Below are positions 1 to 12,861 of a DNA stretch of 64,000 bases, in pieces. Source of the stretch: Phoronis australis (Eukaryota; Animalia; Phoronida); contig NMRA01000001.1 of the NCBI GenBank assembly GCA_002633005.1, positions 3,021,695-3,085,694 on the forward strand, given 5' to 3'. A model generated the notes under the pieces. It saw only the letters and a list, made by a program, of their open reading frames with translations, made no database searches and had not been told where the DNA came from. The position numbers were made by a program, and so were the translations under genes. The stretch's first letter is position 1. Each line of letters starts with the position of its first letter.

Positions 1-38
1 TCTACGCCATCACTGCCTATCGAATTTTCAGGGATAAT
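1..38 (-). CDS. LRRC74A: LRRC74A-like coding exon (truncated by window edge)
   Basis: Minus-strand acceptor tgtttcttgtag, then phase-0 IIPENSIGSDGV, an LRR-like xxxxNxIGxxG continuation of exon 682-789. Confidence 0.7.
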   Translation of the reverse strand, partial: MIPENSIGSDGV

Positions 39-505
39 CTACAAGAAACACGATTAAAATACTGCTCTCAACAAGATTTCCTGCCATATGGTTTACAGCT
101 TATTATAAACTGATGACCATTGCGAGAGTATTGAATTAAGTTTTTAAGATAGGGTTCCTGCAAAAACCAAGGATTACGGTGGGGACATTTTCGGCGACTG
201 AGGGGAAAGATTTGTGACGACCGGGAGGAGCGGGGTCGAAAATCGGAAGGGCGTTGAGAAGAGGAACCTCAAATTTATTTCAGCGGTCCCAGATTTCCTG
301 AGACTCAGGGTCCCTGCGAAACCTTGCTTCGGCAGTGTTGAAACATGTCCAGTGATTATTTCAGTGTAATCCGACCACTGGATTACATGTTGCCTAAAAC
401 TTTAATGAGATTACATCTTATACTTGATAAAGCCACGCGCGTTTTACTTGTACGGTAAAAGCTTTACAAATCCTGTGGCTTTGTGAAAGTGTTGCAATGC
501 GGGAA

Positions 506-594
506 AATTAAAGGGGCGGTAAACCCATGCCTTCTGTTAGGTCACATAATTAAAGGGGCAGTAAACCCATGCCTTCTGTTAGGTCACATAATTA
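506..594. repeat. 42-bp tandem duplication
   Basis: aattaaaggggc(g/a)gtaaacccatgccttctgttaggtcacat occurs twice with one mismatch. Confidence 0.9.
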
Positions 595-681
595 TTCTGG
601 GCTTGTAATTTGCTTCGGACCATCTCGGGCCTCGCCACGGCTTCAAAAGTCAAATCTCAGTAGATAGCGTAGTTAACTTAC

Positions 682-789
682 CAAGTCACTGATATACAAA
701 TTTTCTTTTAACATAGTACACAGATGCATGGCTCCGTCTTCTCGTATATCATTGCCTTCCAGGTTGATCCTTTCGATTGTTGTGTTCCA
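682..789 (-). CDS. LRRC74A: LRRC74A-like coding exon (RI-type LRR)
   Basis: ttgcag|...|gtaagt, 108 nt, phase 0-0; WNTTIERINLEGNDIREDGAMHLCTMLKENLYISDL. Confidence 0.88.
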
Positions 790-1069
790 CTGCAATAATA
801 ATTAGTTAAAGTTTTATATAACTTCAACTGCTGTTGATGTTGTACACAGATTTTTCGCCACAATCATTGTCTCGTGTAATCTTCTGTCTCAATATGCAAT
901 TCAGCTACTGGAACACGAAAAACAAAGAGATTAGACAAAAAGTGTTCAATTTTACTTGATCATAATTGATTGCGTCCTCGCAAACCGCCTTCAGAAATTC
1001 ACTAGCACGTCCAAAGAGTTTTCATCTTACCCACACCAAAGCTAATTTAATCAGTGTCTACTCGTTTAC

Positions 1070-1245
1070 CTCTAACGGAGTTGACATTGCCTTTGTTCCA
1101 TTCGGCCCTAACCCATGGTGCTTCATGACAAATTCTCTGTCTTCGATGTGCCGTATGAAGTACGAGACGGGGATGGCACCAACTTTTTGACATTCATCAA
1201 TATAGGTGCCGGCCCCTGAGAGGCGGCGGATCTCGTCTCTTTCGT
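1070..1245 (-). CDS. LRRC74A: LRRC74A-like coding exon
   Basis: tttcag|...|gtaaac, 176 nt, phase 1-0; YIDECQKVGAIPVSYFIRHIEDREFVMKHHGLGPNGTKAM resembles the LRRC74 motif VPVSYFIR...HHGLGP.GTKA as I recall it. Confidence 0.88.
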
Positions 1246-4200
1246 CTGAAAGTAGTATGAGACTAAACGTTTGAAATCTTTTGAACCAACGAGTGAAGTG
1301 AAAGGGGCAATACTTTTGGCTGGGTACCGTCATTCGAGGGCTGATGTAATAATGTTTCAGCATTGATTCTCATCCGAACACCTCGATCGCAGTATTTTCG
1401 TAGGCTCAGAGATACCCTGGGAGGTGGAACATTACCTGCGCATTTGTTGGCTTCAGTAATACGGTAAATCATTTTCCAACTTGAAAGTCACATGACTTTT
1501 GATTGAAGTCCACGCTCGTGCAGATAATGTTCACCTCCGAGGAGCTACGAAAATACCCGAGGTGTTCGGGATGCATCAGATTGAGCTTGTGTCATTTCTG
1601 CTACACTGTCCAAAGCAACCTGGGATAAAGTACAGCGCGATCATGATCAATACAAAATTTTAACAGGATCTAGCCCAGCCCCCGGCCTAGAATACACGTT
1701 GAAGCATCCAGTACACATTATTAGTCATATCCCACAGACACAGCAGTCTCAAAAGCACTGAATCCGGAGAGCCATGTCAGGTCTCATTTCGAGGTACGTG
1801 AGACAAAATGCGATGTACATGATAATCTGCCGTTAATATCCATCTTGTCAGTCATTGTTTGTCGAATGAGGGTGATTAGAAATTCAGTGGTGACTACAGA
1901 GTTTTTCCTTAGCGCGTATTTCAAAAATAGTTAATTTTGTGATTTTTTCTGGAAATTCACTCCGAACTCTTTGAGCGCATGCGCGCTCATCAGAGGTGGA
2001 AAATTTGAAAACTGTATTGAGATGAAAGAGTTTATATTTCGTCTGGGTTTCAAAGATAATGAATCTGACGATTTTCTCCAGAAATTCTTGCAATATTCAA
2101 AGTGAATAACTCAGATTAGCCTTCCCAAGCAGTAGATAAGCCACCATCTGTAAAAATACATTTTAGTATTTTTACGATTTTTCGCGTTCTATGCCCCTTT
2201 AAGGTATTTTATAAATGCTACGCAGGATACTAGAAAAATGTTCAAATTGGGCTAACTTCAGAACATCATATCTCAAAAATGGCTGATCGGATACTATCGG
2301 ATACTATCGGATACTTTCAGATGCTATGCTTTGTGCACCCTTTTTAAAACGTTTTACTTTTGCATGAGAAGCTGTCAAAAATTAGGACTTCTATGATTTT
2401 CTGAAAAACCCTAATGTTCCAAAAAATGAAAACGAAAGATATTTTTTTAGAAAACCGTAACCGCGTTTTTGATGTCTCATCGAGAACCTTTACATCAAAT
2501 AAAATTTGATCATGTTGCTGATATCGGTGTTTTGATGTCAATGTGTTTTTTGTCAAATTTCACTAACAAGACATGGTCACACGACCCAACAAATGGTATA
2601 TTGGTAGAAAGTCAAAATTCAAAAAGCTTTTCTACTCTCAGAAAATGCATACTTTTATTCAGTTTAAATCTATATTTAACTAAACACACACACTTGCAGG
2701 TCCGACAAGAGACAACCTTTCATAAGAGTAGGTGTATTCGCCACGTTGTCGTGAACAGTCGTGTTGCACGGTCGTCGGCTGTATACAACCTTCATAAACC
2801 TAAGCCTATGAAATCTTTGGTTTTACTTATATTTAATACATGTATGTTTTTAGCCTTTAGGGCACAACAATCTAAACATTACCTTAGGCACGTTACAGAC
2901 CGATCGATCATTGCATTATCGTACTATTTAGAGTCAAACAGACTGTGAACGAGGATAACTTACAGAAAGATTGTTTAACCAAGAACCTAGCTAGCTCTCG
3001 TGGGTTGCATTTTGTTTGGGTTGATTCGTGATTTTTGCTTGTTTCTTGACGTTGATGGCCCCACTAAATCCGTTGTGTATACGCATAGAGTTTCTATTGT
3101 TAAATCAACCTCACAACATATCGTGCAGATTTTCGTTCGGAGTCAGTAACTTCACGCACTAATACGGTGAAATCAAATCCCCGGTCATTCGAAACTAATT
3201 TCAGTCATGAGAAATTATAAATCAGGCTTGATTTCCCCCAAAACTAAAGTCAAATCTAAACTATCAAAAATACAGGACCTAAAACGCGGGTAATGGCTAT
3301 CCCTGTTAACATGCTCGTCGTCAGCTAAATAACGCCGGAAGCAGTGAACCATACATTGCATTTTATGTTGTCGTTGCAGCGACGCATGTTTTGTTTGTTG
3401 TCAAAAGACACACTTGCACTATTCTAAACTTTTCATTCAAATGGCTTCACGGAGGAGTACCCCTTTCTAATAATTCACATGTATTAGCCGGGAAAATTAC
3501 ATGTCTCTTTGAACTCTGCTATAAAATAAACCCATCGCTTTAAACATTCAGCTACGCGTATTTTTGTTACCAAAACAAAGAATTGTATTCATCATATCGG
3601 GTGAATAAAAATTTTTCAACTTGGTTCTTCGTACATCTTAACATGACAGTTCCTTGATCGGTATGTAAAAATTACCGATGTTCGCCGATGAATCATCAGT
3701 TTAAAAGATTTGCTAGTGTCTATTTCAGCCAAATATCGTTGTGAATTCGCAGTAAATCGTCGTGAGAAAGACAACAAGCTTTCACCTTACTTTAGACTGA
3801 ATTTTATTCTTCAGATAACATAGGATAATTTGAGTTTCCGAGAGGTGTGCAGATCATCACAATAACTGCTTATACGAATTAATCAGCCCATACATTTGAA
3901 ATCAGATACGGGCAGCTTGCAGTTAATGTTGTATTTCGTGGTTTAGCTGGATAAAAAGGAAACCAAATTATAGGCCTGCCATCCCCATATGGTGGGTCTC
4001 GTAATAATCCGACCTTATCGCGATAGGATTCTTTTCCCGTTACCAACTAGAGCATCAAAACAATTCTCAAGAAACGTTTCAGAGTTTATTGGGGTTGGAC
4101 AGTAGGCCTACCCCGAAATGGCGGACTCGAAAATGTAGCATGCACGCATTGCTTGTGATTGGAGTTGCGGCTTATTAGGCAACAGTTCAGGATCCAGTGA

Positions 4201-4301
4201 ATGCGGTAATGTTTAAACCCCAGATTGCTTCGATCAAGACTAAACTTTGACAGCTATACAGCGACGAAATACAGCTTTATTTATGCTGACTGGCAACTTA
4301 C

Positions 4302-4815
4302 CTTCATCCTCCAAATCCGTGTCATGTCCTGTATCAAACTTGTCACTAACATCCACAGAAGGCTTGATTTCCCTTTTGTCATCTTCTGCTAGTTCGCTGT
4401 CTATGTCGTTGAGGAAATTCTCTGCCCATTCTCTAACTGGCGTGCGTACTCGCAACGTATTAACCTCGCTAACGTTATCCACGTGGTCAAGCTCCGTAAT
4501 CAGAGTGCTAGATTTTTTGCTAAACCCCTTTTTATTGATCATTTTCTTCACACTGCTGTTAAACAAGGACACCCTGGTTTTGCTTTCGTACATCTCATCG
4601 TCTGCGTTGTTTACGTCAGCGTCTCCAGAGTCGAATGCTTTGAACCCATTGGTCGAACTTTTGCTACGGGGTGTACGGATCATCTTACTATGCGCAAGTG
4701 TTCCACTGGCGTCGACCGAATCGTCCAGTGTGTCGTCTGCGCACTTGGAGTGTCCAGACTTCTTTTTAAAATGTTGACTAGATTTTGAAACGACGAACGA
4801 CTGACTCCTTTCCAT
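4302..4815 (-). CDS. LRRC74A: LRRC74A-like large N-terminal exon (probable start ATG at 4815; acceptor at 4821/4822)
   Basis: Long open frame MERSQSF...DTDLEDE ending G|gtaagt; phase 1 fits the next exon (G+AC=Asp). A DTDLE-type acidic motif precedes the conserved region in LRRC74 proteins. The start codon is uncertain. Confidence 0.72.
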
Positions 4816-6922
4816 GTGTGTCTGAAAAGACATCAATATTCTTGTTAACAAATTTTAATACTGACGTAAGCCTTTTAAGCAATATTTGATTTCAACTGAT
4901 TTCATTGTCAAAATTTTCAAATAATTTCATATAATTTTATTATTGCAAAATAAATCGAACATGTCGCGGCAGTCCATTAGTGCATCAAAGAGGGAAGTGA
5001 TTCCATTATTAATTAGAAAACTATGTACTGTATTCTGTTCAAGGCAGTTAATTTCCCAATATAGTGTGTGGAGACCGTGTTCCAGAATCAAATAATGGAA
5101 TTGATTGCTTTCAACAAATATATTCTGGTGTGCATTTTAATGCACGCTGTTAGATATATTGGACAACAGAATTGATTCCGTTAATCAAATGTAAAACCGC
5201 TCGTAGTGACTCAGTAAAACTGGAAATGAAATCTATCTGAAATAATCGAAATTTTTATTTGCGTTTTCTTTAATAGGATCGATTGCATAGGATTTTGTGT
5301 ATTTCAGTAATAAATTAGGAAATCTCAAATGAAGGTCTTGTTTGATTATTCAGGAAATTTGTTAACAATGAAACCCGTCTGTTGTAAAATGCTGATAAAA
5401 AAGCCAGAGAAGATATGGCTTTCTTAGGCGATCGTGTGGTTTATACCTAATCACTTTTTCAGCTCACTACGACTAGCGGATTGTAATCGAGAAATTACCT
5501 GGGTGTCACTAAACTTCTCAAGAGTTTTTATCCGTACTAAACTGTTTAAAGTGGTCACCAAGACCAAAAATTGTCAAACCTATTTAAAATGAAACGTGTA
5601 GGCTCACACAGCGCTGCGTCATGTCCCGTCGTTTCCCACTGTAATCAACTCTGCAGTGCAACCCAAGTTTGCGTTGAAGTTACTTCCTGAAGACATTTTC
5701 ATTAAATGTCTCTTCGAAGCTTAACTGTTTAACAAACGATGAACGCGAGGTCTACATTAAGAATTCTAAAGTAGAAGGGTCCTTACCTATGCTGCGTGGT
5801 TACGTAGGGCCACACAGACCACCGCCTCAGTCTTGATTTGCTCTTTTCCGAGATTGAATTAGTCCCTTGTAGGGGGACGAGTCAAAAGTGGAAGACTCTA
5901 GCCCCCTAACCTAAATGAGCTGTTCATATCTCCGTGCAGACACTCAGAACGGCTTCAATTGCGATCCCAAAAATGGTATTATCCGCGACGTAAACTCTAG
6001 TTGTAAGTTACGGAACTAACGATAGAATCCCACAGTGAGTGGTCCAAGACAAGTTATCAAAAATAGACGGTGTGATTCAATATGTTCAGTTGTGTAACGC
6101 ACTGTAAACGGGGACAATAGAATTGCGGTGATTAATTGTTAGGGTAAAATGACCAAAATAGAAGAGTCACTGAGATGTTATTAATAACATTGTACGACTT
6201 TTACACTGGAGTAGGATTTAGATGAAAGGAGCAAAGGGCAAGGAGAAGGGGGAGAGACGAATAAACAGAACTGTAATTTATGTAGCTAATGCACTGAAAG
6301 CGCTATGGTTACAATGTGCTTGTTTGTGACCCGTTAGGGAATTTACGTGAACGGCACTATAGGACCAACAATGGCGTTGAGACGGCAAAAACAATGCATT
6401 GTTGTTTATATCCATGACCCAGTGTTCGAACTTTTCATGTACTTCTAACGTTTTCTTTTTTAAACAAAATTTATAATAAATTAATGGTTTTAGGAGTAAA
6501 GGTGAAAGTCAGAGTACTTCGGTTAATAATATAGTTTTTAAAACGATGACTTTCATGTGATGGAGTTCTGATTTCACAGCCTTAGTTTCGGTTTTGTTGA
6601 CATTGATGATATTTTTTAAAACGAGGCCAGGTTGTAATAACAACGTAAAAAAAACTATTCTTCGATCCAGCTGAATTTAAATTGAAAAATGTTTTAAAAA
6701 TATTTTCAAAGTGACGGGTATGTTTTAGATAATTCGATTGAGGCGACCGATTTGAAAGATTTTTAAATCTGATTGAAAGTTGCTTTTGCACGGCTTTGTG
6801 AATTTCTAGCATAAAAGACTTCTTAAAACAATTATACTAATTTTACCGTAAGTTTTTAAAATCTTTTTATTGCGAAAATAGTGCAAAACATACCACTCGA
6901 CTTGTGCAAGTGTTTTATTTAA

Positions 6923-7220
6923 AAGGATACTAAATCCTGCATTGGTGATTTCAATCAATCCTCGTGCTGCCACCTGCTAGTCACAGATTGAATATTATGG
7001 CTCATGGTGGGTGGCCTCTTTCCTGGTCTCGGGTTAGTTGTCCCCTGGCAGTAATATACATGATGTTGTCACTCAGTCGCCTTAAGCATAGATTAATTGT
7101 TTACCAGATTTTGAGGGTTAAGCGGGTTGCAGTTACAGACCATTATTTTGTTTCATAGATCTGGAAGAGAAAGTCGTTTTCAATATCTGTTAATAGGCCT
7201 AAAACAGATTTGGTGTCCTT
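6923..7220 (-). mobile_element. TTAA-flanked MITE, copy 1 (Kolobok-like)
   Basis: ttaa|aaggatactaaatcctg...cagatttggtgtcctt|ttac; reverse-orientation homologue of 41979-42317 and 63438-63800. Confidence 0.75.
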
Positions 7221-7543
7221 TTACAAAAGTTTTTTTTGTAAAGTGTTAAAAAAAACTTTTAAAAACACTGTAGTGCTGGCTATTCAGTCATAGGGACATT
7301 GTCATTTCATTGAGTCGGCATCCTGGAGTTGGATCACAATTGTTTTGATTCCCATACCTACACTTGTTTCAAGGGAAATTATAATATCACGTTACTGAGG
7401 TTGCATGTATTTACCTACAGGGGGCCTGGCGTGGACTGCCGATGCCCTGTCTTGTGTGATGGAAGTACAGCACGCCACCTTTCGTGCTCTGAGTTAAACC
7501 TCAGGCGGATATCCGCCAAGCGTGTGTTCATAGAAGTCGAAAA

Positions 7544-7546
7544 ATG
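7544..7546 (+). CDS. FCF1: FCF1 exon 1 (ATG only; GC donor follows)
   Basis: aaaATG|gcaagt; exon 2 begins GGG AAG in phase 0, giving MGK. Confidence 0.75.
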
Positions 7547-7631
7547 GCAAGTTGTCTGAATTTATCGTGTTTTGTTCTTCGTTCTAATCTAGATATTTAT
7601 AACTGACGTCCTTTCTTTTAATTATTTACAG

Positions 7632-7699
7632 GGGAAGACTAAACAAGCACGAAAATACGCCGTAATGAAGAAACTTATCAGTTTAAAAGACTCGAGAAT
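7632..7699 (+). CDS. FCF1: FCF1 exon 2
   Basis: tttacag|...|gtgagt, 68 nt; GKTKQARKYAVMKKLISLKDSR. Confidence 0.93.
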
Positions 7700-7741
7700 G
7701 TGAGTGAGTTTTGTCGGACCACTGGCACTGCCACTACCGTG

Positions 7742-7869
7742 CGTTCAGTAACGCTAGGACCTAGCTAAAATGTAACCAAAGTCACGTCTCTAGGTTTAAA
7801 ATACACGACAATGACTCATGTAATGTAGAGAAGTCTTGCTTTGTAGGGAGGTCCTAGCGTTACTTAACG
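7742..7869. mobile_element. Short MITE/foldback in FCF1 intron 2
   Basis: Terminal inverted repeat cgttcagtaacgctaggacct / aggtcctagcgttacttaacg (20 of 21 match). Confidence 0.8.
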
Positions 7870-9296
7870 GGAGGCCGGCCTTACCTGAAAGCTAGCTGTA
7901 TGTTGACTACTGACAGTCAAAACACAGCTAGGAACCTCTGTATGGTAAGCTAGTCCAATAGAATTGACACCTTCACACCACCTGGGTATTTCTGCTCATC
8001 AGCTCGTCATAAAACTTATATCATTATCAACATGTGGAGCTAATGATGGCCGGGCTGCATTCAAAATCTGGTAACCAGTTTTCACTAACTAACGACCGTT
8101 GCCGTTATTCAATGAAAACTGGTTCCCGGTGGCCATTTTGAAGAGGGACCCTTTTACCCAAAATCTGAGAGTCAATACTCACTCACCTTGCCCGTTGCAG
8201 CTGAGAAAAACAGTCTAACAAGCGCCTTTTTTGCACAATTCTCTGCCTTTTGTAACAAGGAAAAGTCTATAGTCATTTTGGAAACAGTACGCTCGTGTCA
8301 CACACACATGTGCCATTTCCTAATTTTTTGCAACATCTCTTGGGAGATTAGGACAGCTTCGAAACAGCAAAATTTGCTCAGAATTTTGGTTGGGTTGTAT
8401 TGAAATTTATAATGAAAGAAAACCAGTCCCGCAACCTTGTGGAGAATCAGTGAAAAAAGAAACTGGTCTACAGGTGACGCTACATTTCATGGAGCTGAAA
8501 GCTGGCGCATAAGATCGCTCCACTAGTTTTTTTTAAAATACGAGCAAATCTCCAGAAATCGCTTTCGCTCCACCACAGCAGAATAACAGAGAACATTGAT
8601 TTTTCTAACACTGGTAAATAATTTAGCTAACTCAAGGAAAAGTGTTGTTTTAAGGACATCAATTTTGTGTCAGATTTTATTTGACCATTTTTTTATCCAC
8701 GTAGGCGCAAAGCTGTATGTTTAGTTTACAACTTTGCACCAAGGGTATGTGAGGCTTGCGTGGCTTTCACTAGTCAGTGCCACCACCTCTACTTAGCAGT
8801 AGAGACGGTGATGCTCCTATGGGCCCTTCATACACCGGAAGCTTTTCACCGAATTATATCTCACATTAATTTTAAACCATCAAAGTCACGTTGCCATAAG
8901 TACCTTTTGTGCATAGAGGGACACCATAGGAGGCCGTCGATATCCTTTAATTCCTTCCAACTCGAACAAATATTCCTGTAATCAAACGTTTTTCAAGTAG
9001 TCCTTTGTTCAGTTGCCTAAATCAGCAACTTGCCACTTTAAGACTGCTCGTGCCAGGGGTCTGTGAACGAAGGACTGCTCAAAAAACTAAACTCGTTGTT
9101 GTCTGATCTTATTGCTTTGTGTCTAGTTTGGTTTTCATGCCTTATCTCATTTGTGCATGGTTGGAATGTGCAAGATTTGTCTATGATTTGTCTACATGTA
9201 TGAGATACTATGTATATCAAGAGTAGTAATTCTAGTCAAGGTTTCGTCCTGATTTTGTTTTACATGCTTATACTTTAAAGCTTGTGAATTTTCCAG

Positions 9297-9365
9297 CAAA
9301 GGAAAAGAAAGGGAAAAGAAGAAGAAAAAGAAGCCAAATCCACAGAATTTAAGTGTCAGAGAATT
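9297..9365 (+). CDS. FCF1: FCF1 exon 3
   Basis: ttccag|...|gtatgt, 69 nt, phase 2-2; KGKEREKKKKKKPNPQNLSVRE. Confidence 0.9.
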
Positions 9366-10130
9366 GTATGTATCAAGCTTGTGTTTTTATTGACAACGTT
9401 GGTCTTGTGGAATAATTAAGTTTGGGTCAAGAGCACTTGGATGACCCTATTTTCTGATTGACTTTGGCAATGCTATGTAGATGGACTGGACCTGTCTAAT
9501 CTCATCTACTAAGAAATCAAGCCTATGGTGGTTCAATGACAATAAAATAAATTTTACAAACAAAATCAAAATTATTCTTGAATGAGAGTTCCTCAGGAAC
9601 CAAGGTATTTGTTCAAAAATTTCATATTTGCTTTGAAATTGTATCTTTGTAGAATATTACAGTTGTAGTCATTGTTTATTGAAGCTCTATTTCTCATCCA
9701 AATAGTGCAGAAATACATTTTTAGGAATTACATGTTGTTGTGTTGGATCTATATCGCCATAGCGTTTTTTAAGTGTAAATGCTTTGGTATTCTGAAAATA
9801 AAAATGTACGTTATTCAAGTAGTTGTATCGGTATTTAAACAGATATTCAAATCCAGTGCCATCGATAAAAGTGAGAGCTTGTGTTCAAATTTTTATCTAC
9901 GGATATGCTTAAGGCGGAGCAAGTGAGGTGAATCTTTTGCATGGTGTAGTTTTTGCAAATCAGACTTTTCGATCGCTGACAGTGTTTGGGAGGTTCAGGA
10001 ATTAAAGAAAAACGTGTATTGTATAAATCTGTGGTGGGATGACAATTTTCCTTGAAAAGAAGCCGCTGATTTTTCGGTAAGCTAATGAAACATGAATTTG
10101 AATGCATTCTTGTTCTCTCTATCCTTACAG

Positions 10131-10279
10131 GCCTCAGGCATCTTCAGCACTGTTCTTCAAATACAACACACAGCTGGGTCCGCCCTATCACATCTTGATT
10201 GACACCAATTTCATCAATTTCTCCATTAAAAACAAACTTGACATCATGCAGTCGATGATGGACTGTCTATATGCCAAGT
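10131..10279 (+). CDS. FCF1: FCF1 exon 4 (PIN domain start)
   Basis: 149 nt; [49 protein letters not shown], the FCF1/UTP24 signature. Confidence 0.97.
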
Positions 10280-10703
10280 GTAAGTTATGGTGCATGTATG
10301 ATTAAGCACTTTGGCTTGTCTATTTGTTAGTTTAATTAAAAAACATTGTTCGTTGTCTTCTGTTTTTAAGGCTGATCCTGAAACTTGCAGTGGTTTTCAA
10401 GAAAGTAGGCTTTAGCTCTCGTCAGAATCAACAAAATTCCTAAGCAAAATGTTTGATGGTAATTCTCATCTTTGACATAATTTCAGTGAAGCTATAATAT
10501 GAATTCTGACAAAATTTAAACCCGGAAATGTTGTAACAGGATAGACAGTTGTCCTCGCTCAATAACTGGGCTGGCGTTCTCGTTAACACCATTCTTTTGT
10601 CGTGATTATGAATACTGCGTATAAATGTCTTATATGTAATATCCCTGCCTCTGCTATTATTGTTGTGACATCTCGGGTTACTCTGTTTTATGTGTTCTTG
10701 TAG

Positions 10704-10776
10704 GTATCCCGTACATAACACAGTGTGTCATGGCTGAGTTAGAGAAACTGGGCAGCAAATACAGGGTTGCATTGAG
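10704..10776 (+). CDS. FCF1: FCF1 exon 5
   Basis: 73 nt; CIPYITQCVMAELEKLGSKYRVALR. Confidence 0.96.
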
Positions 10777-11272
10777 GTAGGTGGCAGCACTGGTTTGCTT
10801 GTTGATTTTTCTTGTATTCTGAATCACTTAGAATAAGACCCACTTAATAACAAGTTTTCAAGATCATTACGTTTGAGCCTGGAAAGTAATGTGTATCCAC
10901 AAATAGACATATTCGAAAAGTTGTTAAAATTTGAAAAATTTTTTTGGAAAATAGTGCAATTTTTATAGTGACTGGTGCAAAGTTTAAAATACAAGTGTTT
11001 CCCATGGGCACGCTAAATTGATGAATCACTTCCTGATGCCGCCCGTCAATAACTAGAAAAGCAAACTTTTGTCCCCTACTACAACATTTGGTAAAGATAA
11101 ATTTGATTAAAGCATCCATATTTTGCATTTCTTTTGGTTTCTGCTGATGCTAGTCCTGGTGTTGTATGTGGGACATTTTTCTGTGACATTATTAGACGCT
11201 TGATTTCGTTGAAAAAATGAATTCTGCCTTTGTCTACTCCTGTGACTTACTTAACTGTTTTCTTGTTGCTAG

Positions 11273-11360
11273 AATTGCCAAAGATCCGCGATTTGAGCGG
11301 TTACCCTGCATGCACAAGGGCACATATGCTGATGACTGTCTAGTACAGAGAGTAACACAG
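11273..11360 (+). CDS. FCF1: FCF1 exon 6
   Basis: 88 nt; IAKDPRFERLPCMHKGTYADDCLVQRVTQ. Confidence 0.96.
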
Positions 11361-12119
11361 GTATAGTATTTAGGGGTGTATCTGGTACAAAGAGTAACAC
11401 AGGTATGATATTGTCTAGTCCCTAACTTTAACAACAATAAGCAGTTGCTAAGTTTGCATGATGGCAGGAGTACTTGTTGAACTGACAATTTTAAACGTGG
11501 ATGACGTCAAACTTTGACAAAGTTCATCATGCTAAAAGTGATGATAAATGTCTACATTATGTTGGCTACATTTCGTTAAGATTGTCTTGGGATTTTGATC
11601 CTGACAGTTTACTGCAATTATACCCTTCTGCTGTCTCTCTGACAAAAAAAATATCTGGATATGATAGCATCAATTTAGTCTGAGTAAAGTTCAACAGCAG
11701 TGGTATTTTATTGTGATGATAATTCAGGCTCATTGCCAAGTAGTTCTGGCACAAAGAGATTCAAGTGTAAGCAATTTGTTTTGAAAATTACTATCCAATC
11801 TTTGACATATCTCCAAGTTTCGTATGGTTCCAATGTGTGACTCAGTATTCACCAGGTGACGCTAAAACTTCAAGGTCCCAGTTTTTACGTCCTGGATAGA
11901 TTGAGAACAGGAAGTAGTTCATCAGCATTGGTGCCTTTGCGTGATTTACTATGCGAATTTCGAGTTACTCTTTGTCACTTATGTCTGTTCTGATGGACGA
12001 TAAAACATGTTCAGAGGAACACTTCTAAGTCGTTAAAAGTATCAATTCAATTCAAAATCATCTGTGTCAGAACTTTTACTCAACCTGTAATTGACGGGTG
12101 ATATATATTCTTATTTCAG

Positions 12120-12214
12120 CACAAATGTTATATAGTCGCCACCTGTGATAAAGATCTGCGGAGACGAATACGAAAAATACCAGGAGTACCCATTATGTAT
12201 CTCTCTGAACACAA
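12120..12214 (+). CDS. FCF1: FCF1 exon 7
   Basis: 95 nt; [32 protein letters not shown]. Confidence 0.96.
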
Positions 12215-12861
12215 GTGAGTATCTTGTACTCTTTTTTGGAATTACATGAACAATGCGTTCTATAAATTGTTAAGCTGGTATATTTAAAACAACCATAGAT
12301 CAGAGAAACAACTATATCTTTTGCATGTCATGAAATTTTGTGAGATTGATAATCTGTTTAAAAGCATTCTTGAGGCCATTTCCAAGCAGGATGCATTGGC
12401 CTTTTATCTTTGATGGCGAATTAAATAACTATTGAATCACACCACTTAGCTGTAATTGAGCTCAACTTGTGTTTCTTACAATTGAGCTCAACTTGTATAT
12501 CTCACTCAGGGATATATGGACTTGGTAAGAACTGGCTTATTCACCGACAATGACAAGTTTGACTTCACAAGTCATCAATTTGTATGCTGAAAGCAATATA
12601 AGGACTGTCAGTTAAATGGGAAATGCCGGTTCCATGTCTGGACTCTAGATGGAGTTGTGTATTAGTGCTTAGCAGCTTTGAATTTTAGTCTTAGGTATAT
12701 AGCAGGACATCAAATCTCATTTTGTTTGAGATAAGCACCGTATGTGACAACATGGGCGGCGCAGCCCTGAAATAATTGACCCCTTTGGTGTGCCGTCCAT
12801 GAACTACCTTTTCCTTGGTAGACTGATTACATGCATTTAATCTGTGTTCATTTGGCCTCAG

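Noticed and set aside
4247-4788. Plus-strand ORFs of 176 and 101 aa
   Set aside because: They are antisense shadows of the LRRC74-like exon and have no recognisable protein features.
11538-11604. Box C (gtgatga) and box D (ctga) pair in FCF1 intron 6
   Set aside because: There is no clear terminal stem and no guide sequence I can match to rRNA; such boxes arise by chance.
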